Part shown: positions 25,250-39,765 of the stretch, one piece after another
Layout of the letters: the number at the start of each line of letters is the position of its first letter
How positions within the stretch are numbered: the first letter of the stretch is position 1
From: the human T2T-CHM13v2.0 reference genome, Homo sapiens
NCBI RefSeq assembly: GCF_009914755.1
Contig: NC_060931.1
DNA length: 64,000 nt
Reading direction: 5' to 3' (one strand)
The notes under the pieces: model-generated
Database searches by the model: none
What the model was told of the DNA's origin: nothing
What the model saw: the letters and a program-made list of their open reading frames with translations, nothing else
Position numbers and translations under genes: made by a program

Positions 25250-28200
25250 CTGAAAAGTGACAGAGGACAGAGAAAATGACTGACAAATTCTTCCTGGCTA
25301 TTTCTCTTGTCACCTTTAGGTTAACCTTTTTTGCCTTGTGGACTTTTCTTCCAGGGGATGGGTAAAACTTTGGCATAAATTCCTTGAAAGAAAAGATTTT
25401 ATGTCTATGTAAGACAACATCATAAACTGTTATAAATACAAGTGGTGCCTGACTTTTGAATGCAAACTTATCTATAACTTACATAACCTTGTCAACAATT
25501 AGCCAGTAATCTTTGGCAAACCACTTAATTTCTCTGTTTTTTTCCCCCTATAAGATAAAGATAATGTGTCTCAAGACGATTCATGTGTAGGTGCTTAGAA
25601 ATGTATGGTATTAGTTGTTCCTTTTCTAAGATGGTTTCAACATATTACATCACTTTCACTGGAGCAGAAGATACAGTCGTCTGCATATACTCATTTGACA
25701 CCTATGCATATCGCAACAACTTCCTACGCTTGAGCATTCAGTCGCTTTCCTCTCAGTTTAGACGTAATTATGCAACCATCTAGGATTCAGGGATTGTTCA
25801 AAGTCTCCTAGGAAGCCTCATTTACTGTGGATCTGGTGGTTCCTCCCCCAGAATGCTGCTACTGATGTTGCTACTGCTATAATTTAAAGACCTGCAGAGT
25901 ACTTCCCAGTTTATCATGTTCTTTCACATACGTGATCTTCTTGGATCCTCACCATAGCACCATAAGATAGAGAAGGCAGAGATTAATACCATTTTTTATC
26001 AAGGAGGAAGCCAGACTCCCTGAGACCACCTATTGGCACTGCCAACTTCACCTTCATTCATCAACTGATGCCTCATTCAAACTCAATTTTTCTTTCCTGC
26101 TTTGAATTGACCGGCAGCGTATGTAAGATTTAGACTAGTTTGCCCTCCTGCTGAAACTCTGCTCTGAGTATGCATGGTCCTCAGGACAAAGGCCAAACTT
26201 CCTAGAGGGTCATGGCGGGCTCCTTTTGAGCCTGGGTCTGCTCACCTTCCTCATATTGGCTGATGGGCTGGCTTCTCATTCCCGAGGACCCACCCAGTTC
26301 TCTTCTGCTTCTGAAACTTTGCATACTTCATTTCTCTTTCTACATGTATTTTCCACTCTTCCTTCCCCTCTCTCATTTCACCTAGCTACTAGATTCAGAG
26401 GAGGTGTCTCCTTTCCTAGAGGGCTCTTGCTGACCGCCCTGTCCCTCCTGCCCCTCGCACCACTTCCTCACATCCAACTGTGATTACCACGAGTCTACCC
26501 AGCCATGTCTCAAACAGATCAGACGCAAACAGGGCTGCGTCTTTCTACTTGTTGTATTACCAGTGCATAGTTAGTACTCAGAAAAAGTACATTTAGTGAG
26601 TGAATAAAATATGGCCACTTAAAAAAAACAGTTTTGATATACACTACATTGAACTTGGCAGGATTGTAACTTTCTGTCCCCTATGGCACCGTCCTGCTTT
26701 AGTTTTCACACTAGCTATATTTTTGTCGGGGCTCTGATTCCACCTCTGGTCTGTCCATCATCAATATTTTCAAGCTGGAAGGGATGTGAGGTGCCATATA
26801 CTCCAGTGTTTTTTAAACTGTGCACATGTGCTGTGTAACACCAGAGACACCAGGGGCCTGCCCTGCCCACCTGGGACTGGGACTGTGGCAGGGGTTCATG
26901 TTGAGCCAGCAAACTGGAAAAGAAATGGGTCACTGACCCTTCCTTCAATAAGACTGGCTTCGTTTTAATTTGTTTTCTATGTGGGCTATTGCCCAAGATC
27001 TCATTTGAACAAAGTTTCTATAACTGTCAAGGATGGAAAACCTCTAGTCTAGTTCAATTTCCTCCTGTGAAACATAATCTCTAGAAGCATAGAGAGGGTA
27101 AGTGGCTTGTCTGAGGTCCAGCAGTTGCCAGTGGCAGATCCTGGGTCAGAACCACCCTGTAACTCTAACAGAAGTAATTGTTTATATAATATCACACTGG
27201 GGGGAATAACTGTTAAATATGGTTTGAGTTTTAGTGAATTTTAGTGAATTTTCTGCTCAGAAGGGCTTGTGCTCCCATTTGTAAAAATCTTTAACTATGT
27301 ACTTCATAATTCATTTGATCGCAAAATTCATACAGAAAGCTATTCTGGGTTTCCTTGGTCATCCATTCTGGGTGAACTTGACATGATGTGGAAGGCCACA
27401 TTTGTGGGTAAAGGCATATCCTCGGTAATTTTTCACTTTAGCTGACTTTAGGCAGCATGTGGATGCATTCTAGCTGTGACTTTATCCCTTCTGTTTTCAA
27501 ATATAAGATACTAAATACTAAAAAGTAAATAAATTAGAAATATGGTCTGGGGAGCTGTAGTACTCTCCCACTTGTCATCACAAGGCTTCAGCAAATGTCT
27601 ATTTCTTTCTCCCATATTCCATTGAGGGTTACTTCATACCCAAATGTGTCTTGCTGGTATATGTATTGTTCATGTAGTCATTGGACATGCTTCACATGAA
27701 ATATTGGTATTTCTAAAAAACAATCTTAAAACTACAGAACAAGTAATGCTTTGGGCACTGTTTGGGAAGGCTGCCATGGCAGATTGACAAATTCTACAAT
27801 TTCTGTAGCACAGAGATTGGGGAATTAGTCAAGAGTCCAGTTCATGCTTAGTAAAGCATTCACAACTTCCTGTTGTGACATTCATTAACTCTTGAGTCAC
27901 TCTGTCAGGGTTTCCTAAAAGGCTGTAAAGCAGAAAATCACTGCACCCAAGAAAAAGCAGACATATTATTCTGTTCCCCACCACCTCCTGCCCTGCTCCC
28001 TCCTAAACGGAGTTACCTGGTGGCTCCTACCCAGAAGACCATGGGACAAACCACCTGCCCTGGGGTCAGAGGTCATCCCCTTACCTGGGGCTGGTGTGCT
28101 GGCCTGACTGCACCTTCTGAGGGGTGGATTCCATTGACTCTTCCCTCCTTCCTTAGACACTTTGGTCTCTGGACTTTTGCTTTCTACCTGGGATACTCAC

Positions 28201-28284
28201 TGTGTGCTCCTTTCTACCTTCATGAACCCCCTGGATTCTGATCCTGTCTCCTTACTGAGGTCGATGGGCCTCACTTGCTCTGGC

Positions 28285-28399
28285 TAGCATCTTCTTGGCC
28301 TTTCCCTGTTTAGAGTTTTTGTTACCTGCCAGGTGTTTATTTCTCAACAAGCTTCTTTTTGGGCCCCTCTTGTCCAGTCCCAGTGGTGTCCACACCCAG
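28285..28399 (+). repeat. Copy 1 of a local ~115-bp direct duplication
   Basis: Aligns with 29265-29378 at about 85% identity by manual count. Confidence 0.85.
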
Positions 28400-28531
28400 G
28401 CCAATGTTTATAAACATCTCACTAGAATAAGCACAAATGGAAATAAAGTTGTTTTCTATAGCTGAGAGAAGTCTGTATCTCTTGGTGAATGAATGGATGT
28501 CTGTGCAACTTTATGAACAGACAGCCACTGA

Positions 28532-28837
<306 letters not shown>

Positions 28838-29264
28838 TGATTTTTCAACCTCAGCTTCTGATTCTAGGGTGCATACAGGGAGTAGAGAGATTATGAATGA
28901 GGCAGGCCCCTCTCCCCTACTCCCATGAAATGCTCTGTCCAGAAACTGTTTTCTTACTGTAGAAAGTGGGGTAGTTTAAATCATCCCCCTCACTATTTTG
29001 GGCAGGGTTGGAAGATGATGGCATTTATCTTGATTCTGTATTTGAAGAATGCACTTGATCCTTTCCAGATGGAGAGAATGAGAACTCACTATTTTAGCAT
29101 ATTACTTGTTCAACAGGAAGTGACTATCTTGACATGGAATAGCATAAGATGTGAATCAGTAGGACAGAAAAGAGTCAGGAGGTAACACAGGACTAGGAGG
29201 AAGCTAGAACTCACCCCATATAACATTTCCTTATTCTGACCCAAGATATCATCAATACTCTACT

Positions 29265-29411
29265 TAGCGTCTTCCTGGCCTTCACCTATTTAGAGTTTGT
29301 GTCACCGGCCACGTGGTCATTTCTCAACAAGCTTCTTATTGGGCCTCTCTTGTCCAGTCCCAAGGTGTCCATGCCCAGTAAAGTGGGACTGAATAAGAGA
29401 GGCCCAATAAG
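29265..29411 (+). repeat. Copy 2 of the duplication plus adjacent inverted copy (28-bp stem)
   Basis: 29335-29362 is the reverse complement of 29384-29411 at 26 of 28 positions. Confidence 0.85.
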
Positions 29412-29599
29412 GGCCACACTCAGAGGACAGGTGTATAAACCTACATACTGTGGGTATATTGTTATATACTTGTTTTGATTAATAGTTTAGTCAACTATGT
29501 TCATTTCATACAGTGACTTGGTAAAGGCTCATGAATGGAGGGTCTGCTTCCTGTGGTGATGGTAGTTAATGTTTTCAAGCTCAACATGTAGAGGCAACA

Positions 29600-29800
29600 T
29601 GTTTTAAGCACCTTACATGGATTAACTCATAGAATTCCTCACAATAACCATGTGAGAGGGGTGTTATTATCTCCATTTTACAGATATAGAACTTGAGACT
29701 GATAGCTTACGTAGCTAGCTCAAGTCATCTGTTAGGAAAAGAAGCAAAACTTGAGTCCAGGTAGAATGCCTTTAGTACCAGCACCCTAAACAAGTACATT
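29600..29800 (-). mobile_element. MIR SINE
   Basis: cctcacaataaccatgtgag...attatctccattttacagat...acttgagact core. Confidence 0.7.
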
Positions 29801-30714
29801 AATGCCACGCTTCCTCTCATTATAGTCCTCAAGAGTTTCTGGTAGATACATGGAAGACATCAAATCTACAGCCTTCTACCTTCCTTTGTCTATGCCGTGG
29901 AAGTCCAAGCCCTAGCTTTTGTAGAAATACATGGATTCAGGATTAATTGTACATTGAGTTCTATAAAACAATTTTTGGAATTACTGACTATGCATGTAAT
30001 TACAATAATGACAGCAAATGCTGCAATTATACCAAATGACATAATTTTGTATAAATGTGGTACGTATAAGGAAATCACTAGATTGTATAATTGTAGCACC
30101 ATGATGAGGTCGCAAGGTTCCTTGTTGAATTAGATAAAGATGTGTATAACCACAGAGCACAGATTTAAGTTTGGTGGTGAGAGGAAGGAACTATTTAGAC
30201 ATTGGTTAAGATAAACCAAATTTCATTTTAAACATTTAAAAGTATCTCTTTTCAAAATCACATGCATCCTTAAGTGATTTGCTAAGCTTAAATAGGACTG
30301 GTTTTCCCATCTAATGTTCTTTGTGGACCAGATGAGTCAAATCCTAAATGAGGTCCTGCTTAGTGAGAGTGTTCTGCTTTGCTGCAGCCTCTTCCAGTCA
30401 TGGGTTTCACATATCCCAGTTAGGGCCGAGTATTCTAACACATAAAATGGGATGCCAGAAAACCAGTCCCAGCTCTTGGGACTTGGGCAATTAATAGTTT
30501 CAATCTATCTGCAAGTGAAGACCACCTCTAACTGCTAAGCCAACTTGGCTAGCCTAGCTCTGCAAAAAGATTATTAAAACCCACCAGCTTCCTATACTGG
30601 CGCAGACATTTTAGCATGTTTCGTAGGCCTATAGTGGTCAGATGATGGTAGAGATCTCCAGTATCTGAAGAAGATTCAGAAGCACCATTTTGAGTGCTTG
30701 TCAGGTTTGGCAGA

Positions 30715-30937
30715 ATATATATACAGTATACAGAGCTTAAATATACGTGTGTGTGTATGTGTGTGTGTATATGTATATACATATATATACACACAAAGAC
30801 ACATACACACATTATATGTATACATACACATACCTATTTTATATATACACATATATACAAAGCTAACATATATATACACATGACACATACACACATGTAG
30901 CTCTGCATACATTAAAATGTAAATATAAATATATACA
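30715..30937. repeat. Compound (TG)/(TA)/(CA) low-complexity repeat
   Basis: Alternating purine-pyrimidine tract read directly; source of the spurious ORFs at 30549-31020. Confidence 0.9.
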
Positions 30938-31347
30938 GAGTTAAATTTTTTGTGGACTAGATTTAATTTGCAGGTCAAGACTTCTGGACCTATAGTTTGT
31001 ATTGTTCCTAAAAATTCCATGTTATGAAGACTACATTGTATTGTGGACAGGAGAAAAACAAAAGGTTTCTAAAGTATTTTCATTACATTAGGCTGCATAG
31101 TGTTAATGTTCATTTTGTAAGTATATATTTTTTAAAAGGGCAGAATTGTTTTTATAGGAAGGTAAGGTGAGTGACTCATGTACTTGTGGGACAGATACAA
31201 GACAAAAGGACACAGAGGATTTATTTTTTTTACATCACAGACTCCTAGAGTTGAAAGAGATTTTGAGGTCACCCAATTCAACTTTTATTAAATGAAATTG
31301 CAATAGTAAGTAGAAATAAAGAAAGAAGCATAATAATTCCAACTTAC

Positions 31348-31379
31348 AGGCTTTGGAGTTTTCCATGGAGAAAAGAAAC
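31348..31379 (-). CDS. MAGI2: MAGI2 32-nt coding exon, (G)FFSPWKTPKP
   Basis: Minus strand reads ttttctttattacag|GTTTCTTTTCTCCATGGAAAACTCCAAAGCCT|gtaagt. Phase 1 to phase 0; joins in frame to the 190-nt exon. Peptide matches my recollection of MAGI2. Absent from the ORF track. Confidence 0.93.
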
Positions 31380-32507
31380 CTGTAATAAAGAAAACAATAT
31401 TTGAACTTTGAAAATATTACCGACTGCCACTTATGGGTGGCACGATATTAAGATAATTGTAATTGATTTTAAATTAGTTAACAGCGAACAATAACAAAAA
31501 CTTCTGCCTGGCTGTATCGTTTTCTTCAAGGAGCTCAAAATCAAATAATTTCATTGGAATTGTATTAATGATTCTAAGAACATTCCTTATTTGGCAACTG
31601 AAGATGCTAAGGCACAGAGCAGGCAAGTGAACATGTATCAAATCCTCAGAGCTTGACAAGGCTCAAAACTCAGTCACCCTTAGGGATTTCTATTGCACAG
31701 CCTTAGTGGGAAAGAGAGAGAGGATATTGACATACATTTTGATTTCAAAGGTAAATATCTTTGCTTGGTATAAGAAATGGTTGTTTTATTTACCTGCTTT
31801 ATGTGGTTAAAAATCAATTAATAAGCCTTCATTATTCCTAACTTTAAAAATAACGTATATGCCTACATTATGAATTAGGTTCCACTATAAATTTTTGTGA
31901 GTGTTTCTCCACTGAGATGGGGCAGATTTCTATCTTTGTGCCCTGGTGCTAGCAGACATTTTGTGTGAAGAGCTCAAAATGTTTGTTACTTGAATGAATC
32001 ATGTATCATGGAAGCCTTTTTTACCCAATGTATTGATCTCTTTGTATTATCACAAAATATAATGATTCGAGTAACCCTGTTGTGATCCAAATGATTAAGA
32101 TAATTAAAAGTAAAGGATAGATTAACTCCCTTTTAAAAAATATTATTTTAGCATATGAAATCAATTTTTTAAAAGGTGATAAAACAAGCTTAAAATAGAG
32201 GGAGAGGGCACTGCCACATGCTGATCCTAACAATCCAAAACTTAATTGAGCACATAGAACAAAATCATATCTTTTCATATATCTTCCTTCTTTCAACAAT
32301 TTTCACTTAAGTTAGTATAAGGTAGTTTCTGATAAAATCCCTAATAAAAATGAATATTGAAAACATGCCACATACTATGTTTATCATCTTTAAAACAGAC
32401 TTGTTCAAAATGGGCATAGTTGACAACTATTCCTATTTCCATTTGTAGGAAATATCTATAGAAATCGGGACACATAGTTACCTACACACATTAGGGAATC
32501 CAACTCA

Positions 32508-32900
<393 letters not shown>

Positions 32901-35324
32901 CTATATAATCCATCATGTTTCTTAGCTTTCCTTAGAACCTAGAGTTACACTTAATGTTTAGGGGTAATAACCATCTTACCCAAGAAGTTGGTAAAATTAG
33001 CTCTCTTTCTGTCTTACATACGCTGTTCACTATTTCTCTTTCCAATTAATAAAAAAATTCTGTTCAATGTGTGGTTCATAAGGATTTAATCGCATCCTTT
33101 TTGGAAAGAGTTGACAGTAAAAATTACATATAAATAAATACATTTATCTCCTTGACTCATTCTATAAAATACCAATGAAAACAATTTGACCATGAGTTTA
33201 AAAGTGAAACAGATTTTAACCTATTGGCTGATTAACCATTGTCTTCAGTGAAGTATAAAATTTATTTGCTGTTTTACGGAATTGCCAGCAATAGCACTTT
33301 TGCGAAAAGATGTCATTTATATATTTTCACCATGTCAAAATATTCAATGATTTCCTCTACTTTCTTTGTGTCATCACCTTCTTCCTGCAATGCCCAAACA
33401 GACTTTGAGTATTTGCTATTTCACATCTGACAGGTGCTGGGATTCTTAGACTTTGATACAGAGGTATTGAAAATAGTTCCTCTTAATGGTGCTCTCATCT
33501 CCACATGAGACGTTATCTTGAAAGATGATTTTCCCTCCTATAGAAAATGTATAATCATCTACCGTCTCAGGAGTTATGGTGTCAGAACTAAAATGGTGTA
33601 AGCAGGAGCCTGGTGGAGAAGAGACAAGGAGAGGGGGCGTTTAATTTGACTGCCTTTCATCATGGGTACTTGGGCTCCTCATTCTTCTAAGGCTGATTCA
33701 TTCAGTCTGACCTCAGACCATTGGTGCAACCCAGGGCTCCTTTACTGCTCACGTGATGGCAGTTTCTGGAATATTTCTAATGCTGAGTTGTGCTGCAGAA
33801 GCTTCAGTCTTTGAAGCAATAGTAGTCCTTTCTGAATTATTGTTAAAAAGAAGTTGCGTGCTGCAGAGTAAGGAATTTTATATGGTAAGAGAGAGCATCA
33901 GAATAATTTCCTTAAAAATAAATGCTATTTTTGTTTATCTGTCAAATTATTAATCATGTTACAAACATTTAAATTAAGATGAATGAAAAACATTTATTTT
34001 GGATATACTCAATTTGGTCCTGATGAAGACAGAAGGTCAAATTTTCTATGTGATTCAACTCCAACTTTCCGCTCAACTTCATGGGAAGTTGTGGGTCAAA
34101 CTACTACACATTTCTTACTTTTTTTGTGGGGATGGCCCCTCTAGGAAATCTAGTCTATTTCAATTAAAATTAAAAAGCACTAAAAACCAAATCAAAACTG
34201 TCAAGTCCTTGAAGAGACATGCTGGTTATTATATTGAGCTTATTTCTGAAATTATTCTGGTAGGACATAGATCACAAAAGCAAGATAAGACTTCTGAGAT
34301 CTAGGAAGTTTTGCATATGCATGTATTGTGTGGTGAATTTCCACACTCCATGTGAATGGAATAATTTCTAATAATAATTATGGAATAATTTCTATTGGGC
34401 ATGATTATTTAAAAACTGCTTGCTAAATTTCGCCTTTGCTGCTTGCCTCACAGATCATAGGACACTATTCCCCTCATCACCCAGAAACTATTACACCTCG
34501 CTTGGCGTCCTAGCCTTTCTCAATTCTAAGCATTTTGCTAGGCTTGGTTCTCCTGAAAATATTAATTTTGGGGCATCTCTTCACCCATTTTCATAGGGAA
34601 ACAGGAACAGAGATACAGAAAACCTTTTCTTCAGCCTTTCTGAGTTGAGGTAGTCTTCACTATAAAACCAAGTTTATAGAAAAAGAGCCATATTCTTTAA
34701 AATAATAGTAATAGTAATAGTTTGTTTTAGTTTCTGGTCTTTATTTCCCCTACTTCTGTAGAAAGCTGTATATTAGAATTCTCTGGTGGGATTAAAATTT
34801 TTTTTATAATGATCTGACTCATGTTTTTCGTACTGATCATGTATTGACTTTTATCCTTAGCAACTTGTTGTGTGTTTGAGTGTGCATTTGTGTGTGTACA
34901 AATGCAAATGTATTTATTTAATCTTGCGTCTTATGATAAAAGCAAAAGAGCTCAAGATATAGTTGTAAGTTAAATGAAATATGGATAAGAACATAAAACA
35001 AAAGAGAATAAATGGAAAAATTTAGATGTAGCTAATATAGAAACTAGATGCATTTTTAAAATTTATTTTTAAGTAGATGCATTTTAATATAAAGCACAAA
35101 ACTGATTACACCTGTAAAATCTGTCTTCTTTGGAACCAGAAATAAAACTAGAATATATTTGTAACGCTGCATCTAAGAGCATAGTGAGATGGGCAGAGAA
35201 ACAGACACACATTGCAAATTGTTTAGGCAGGAAATCCTGGTACTTGAAAATGACAGAAGAAAAAAGACAACACTGATTTCATTATTGAAATGTAAATTAA
35301 ATCTACATGTCAACTAAACACGAT

Positions 35325-35620
35325 TTATTTTTTTCTTGAGACAGGGTCTCACTTGGTCACCCCACGCTGAAGTGCAGTGGCGTGATCTTAGCCCACTGCA
35401 ACCTCTACCTCCCAGGCTAAAGCGATCCTCCCTCCTCAGCCTCCTGAGTAGCTGGGACCACAGGCATCTGCCACCACACCCAGCTAATTTTTGTATTTTT
35501 AGTAGAGATGGGGTTTCCCCATGGTGGTCAGGCTGGTCTCAAACTCCTGGCTTAAAGTGATCTGCCCACCTCAGCCTCCCAAAGTGCTGGGATTACAGAT
35601 GTGAGCCACTGCGCCTGGCC
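35325..35620 (-). mobile_element. AluJ-like element
   Basis: Full dimer in reverse orientation ending cctggcc. Confidence 0.9.
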
Positions 35621-35650
35621 CAAAATACAACTTTTAATGAACTGCAGAAA

Positions 35651-35888
35651 TATGGTTGCCAGATAAAATATATACCCAGCCAAATTTGAATTTTGGAGAA
35701 AACAATGAATAATTTTTTTGGATGTAAGTATGTTCCATATATAGCATGAGACATATACTACATGGGACATACTGCTATTAAAAATTATTTGATACTTCTG
35801 GAACCTATTCATATTAAAATTATTCATTGTTTGAAATTCAATTTAATTAGGAATTCTATATTTTTATTTGCGAAATCTGGTCATCCTA
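35651..35888. mobile_element. MER53-like palindromic MITE
   Basis: ggttgccagataaaata...aaatttgaattt...aacaatgaataatttt mirrored by aaaattattcattgtt...aaattcaatt...atctggtcatccta. Confidence 0.75.
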
Positions 35889-36420
35889 TATAGAGAACAA
35901 TTTATATATGTCCCTGGTAACCATTTTAAAATAAAAACACAATAGTAACATCTACTGCAGGTAATATTTATTTCATTCAGAAAAAAAAGCCCTGAAAATA
36001 TTTACTATTTCCTTTATTGTCAGGAATCTTGATTTTGAGAAACCTTAGAACATTCCATTTGCTATACAGATCATTGCATTGTGCTGACTGCCTTCTCATT
36101 GGGATCCTGGACTGAGGGCACCTCATTCGATACAGGATGCTGTGGCCAATGCTAGTGCCACAAAAGGCCATTTTCAAACTGCTTGATGCAAATTAGAGTG
36201 GCTCTTTTCAGAACTTACTTTTCCTGACACATGATAACCAAAATGAAAGAACATCAATGTCTTTACAGTAGATCTGAAGTGGAGATCCCCTCTCTGGGTG
36301 TGCATTTGTGTGGTAACAGTTTTATTATTATTTATTTTCACAGGGCAAAAAGATTATGAACTTTCTTAAAATCACCCCAATTCAAATAAGAGTTCAAAAT
36401 ACAATGAAGAGCAACTTTAA

Positions 36421-36778
<358 letters not shown>

Positions 36779-37149
36779 GCCAAGACAACTTTTCAAGATT
36801 TTCAGGAATTTTCCCAAACAGAACTAAGTCTTTCAACATCCTTCTGTATTCCAGTCGATACACTGAACTCCCATTTGCAGAATGTGAAATAGTTTCTCCT
36901 TTAGCTGAAATATTTGCTAGAACATATGATTCTACTTTTGAAGATTACTGTTACAACGTCATGTATTTCATAGGGGATTCTGCAGTTACTAAAAATGATG
37001 GAGATGCTGGGGAAACACTTTCTAGTTCTCTTTTTTTTAAGCACAGAAGAGGAGTAGGAACGACTTTTAAACAAAGATATGTTTCACTACTGATTTCCAT
37101 GCCCTAAAGCTGTGTGTTCTGTTTTACATAAGAAAAGGAGACAAAATAA

Positions 37150-37240
37150 TTTGAATACACTTAACATTGTTGAGCTGTACACTGAGATGTAAGATAAGTT
37201 TTATGTTATGTGTATTTTACCACAATTAAATTTTTTTCAA
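37150..37240 (+). mobile_element. Old L1 (L1MB-like) 3' end fragment
   Basis: gagctgtacac...ttttatgttatgtgtattttaccacaattaaa. Confidence 0.6.
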
Positions 37241-38053
37241 GCAATAAAAGAAAAAAGTGAAAAGAGAGAACAAAAGTGTGCACATATCACATGTGTAAGA
37301 GAGAAAAAAGAGAAAGTAATACATGGAGAGAGTTTTTTTTTCACAGTCCCTGTGATGCCCTGCTGGAAGACAGGAAACTCACCTGAACACCCACACAGAC
37401 CTTTCTACCTCTTAAATTATCCTTTTTTTATGAAGGATTGTAGGGAATAAACTGAATTCACATTCTCACTACATTTCTGAAAATATTTCAGGGATTATGG
37501 AGAAACTCTTTCAATACAAGAAACTGTTTTTTAAAAGTTTCCCAAAGAGGAAAAAAAGCCCCAGGGCTTTTATAATCTCCATTTAGGGTTAATTTGATGG
37601 AGAAAAATACCACTAATAAAATTAATGTTTAATTTAAAGATCCTCCCATTCTCCCACAGCCTGGAAAACAGACCTAAGCTTTCCATCAAAAATTTAGCCT
37701 TTGGTAAATGTAAGCCAGCAGAGTCATGAGCTAATTTCCATGAGAACTAGTTCAATGTTATTCACTTTTTTTCTGGTTTTTGACTGATTCATGTATTCCT
37801 TATTAAAATTCATTAAATGGGTTAAGCCCTGCAGTTCTTTGAGATAATTTGTTTAAGCTGCTCGAAGTGGGTAAAAGGGCAATTTTTCCTAATGAAACTG
37901 ACCTAGGCTAAGAAAAGACCTGTCCCTTAGCAAGAGTGGAAGACACACTACTGCCAGTACTCAAACATCACATCACCATGTGTTAGCCAAGCAATACGTT
38001 CAATTTGCAAAGAAAATTTCACATAACTACCATCTTTGACCTGCAGAATCCAT

Positions 38054-38323
38054 TTTTGTTGTTGTTGTTGTTTTTTGTTTTGTTAAGATGGAGTCTCACT
38101 CTGTCACTCAGTGCAGTGGCCTGATCTCGGCTCACTGTAACCTCCGCCTCCCAGGTTCAAGCAGTTCTCTGCCTCAGCCTCCCAAGTAGCTGGGATTACA
38201 GGCGCCCACCACCATGCCCGGCTAATTTTTGTATTTTTAGTAGAGAAGGGGTTTCACTATCTTGGCCAGGCTGGTCTCGAACTCCTGACCTCGTGATCCA
38301 TCCACCTCGGCCTCCCAAAGTGG
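38054..38323 (-). mobile_element. AluS element lacking its first ~30 nt, with (TTG)n-degenerate tail
   Basis: Alu body ends at cctcccaaagtg and is followed by a T-run. Confidence 0.88.
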
Positions 38324-38599
38324 CTTTTTTTTTTTTTTTTTTTTTTTAATATGGGGAGCTGAGGCTTTCTCTGCAATGCTTTAAAAACGATCCTTTCTGT
38401 ATCTTTTAAATAAAAGTGTTTTTCTTAGAAACACTGTAAAATTGTTTTCAAACAGCCATTTCTCCCCTGGCTTTGTTCCTTATGGAGAGAGCCATCCAAC
38501 CATTTCAAGTAATCCCAATGACTATCAAAAGGATAAATCTGCACATATTGTCTTCTGATAAACTCAGCTATATAAAGGATAGGTTCAAAATAACGCAGG

Positions 38600-38800
38600 C
38601 AAGGTGAGAAGCCTTAAACAGGAATAAAGGAATGGACTGGAAGAGGAAGAATTGTGCTAGGAAGGCTAAAACTCAGAGTGAGGTGAGTCTGGAAGAAAAT
38701 ATTAACAACTACAAAGGGCTTTTTATTTATGTTCTGAGCAAGATAAGGGGAATAAAGAGAGAAACCTGCTCTGGATTTATGGCACACTGTAAAAAATTGG
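38600..38800 (+). mobile_element. L3/CR1 ORF2 remnant
   Basis: ORF 38632..38874 peptide RKAKTQSEVSLEENINNYKGLFIYVLSK resembles the recalled CR1 ORF2 motif KAKAQLELxLARDVKDNKKGFxxYxxSK. Confidence 0.55.
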
Positions 38801-39130
38801 CAAAGAAAATGTGGAAGGCAATCAATACTTGCAAATGGAAAAATCCAGTTCTGACATTTTTTAAAAAATGGTGAATGTATAGCATTTTTTTTTTTTGGGG
38901 AAATCCATCTAGAAAGATTTTAAAGTAATTTAAGATGGATTACATGTCTGTTTGGTATTTTACACCAACATTAAATACATCTTTATTGAGTTGTTGGTGT
39001 CTTACAAGCATCATAAATTCAATACAGAAATGGAATCTTTTATCTTTCCTCCCAAATCCACTCTTCACTCTTTAGTGTTCCTTATTTTGGGAAATTTCAC
39101 CTGCCCTCTGAGGTTTTAAGACAGGAACCT

Positions 39131-39765
<635 letters not shown>

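Noticed and set aside
28078-28100. CAG|gtaagg on the minus strand as a recursive splice site
   Set aside because: No upstream polypyrimidine tract.
30549-31020. Cluster of overlapping ORFs rich in Y, I, H, T, V and C
   Set aside because: Translations of a dinucleotide repeat.
34356-34394. Short tandem duplications (atggaataatttcta x2; similar ones near 27230 and 44680)
   Set aside because: Ordinary slippage products.
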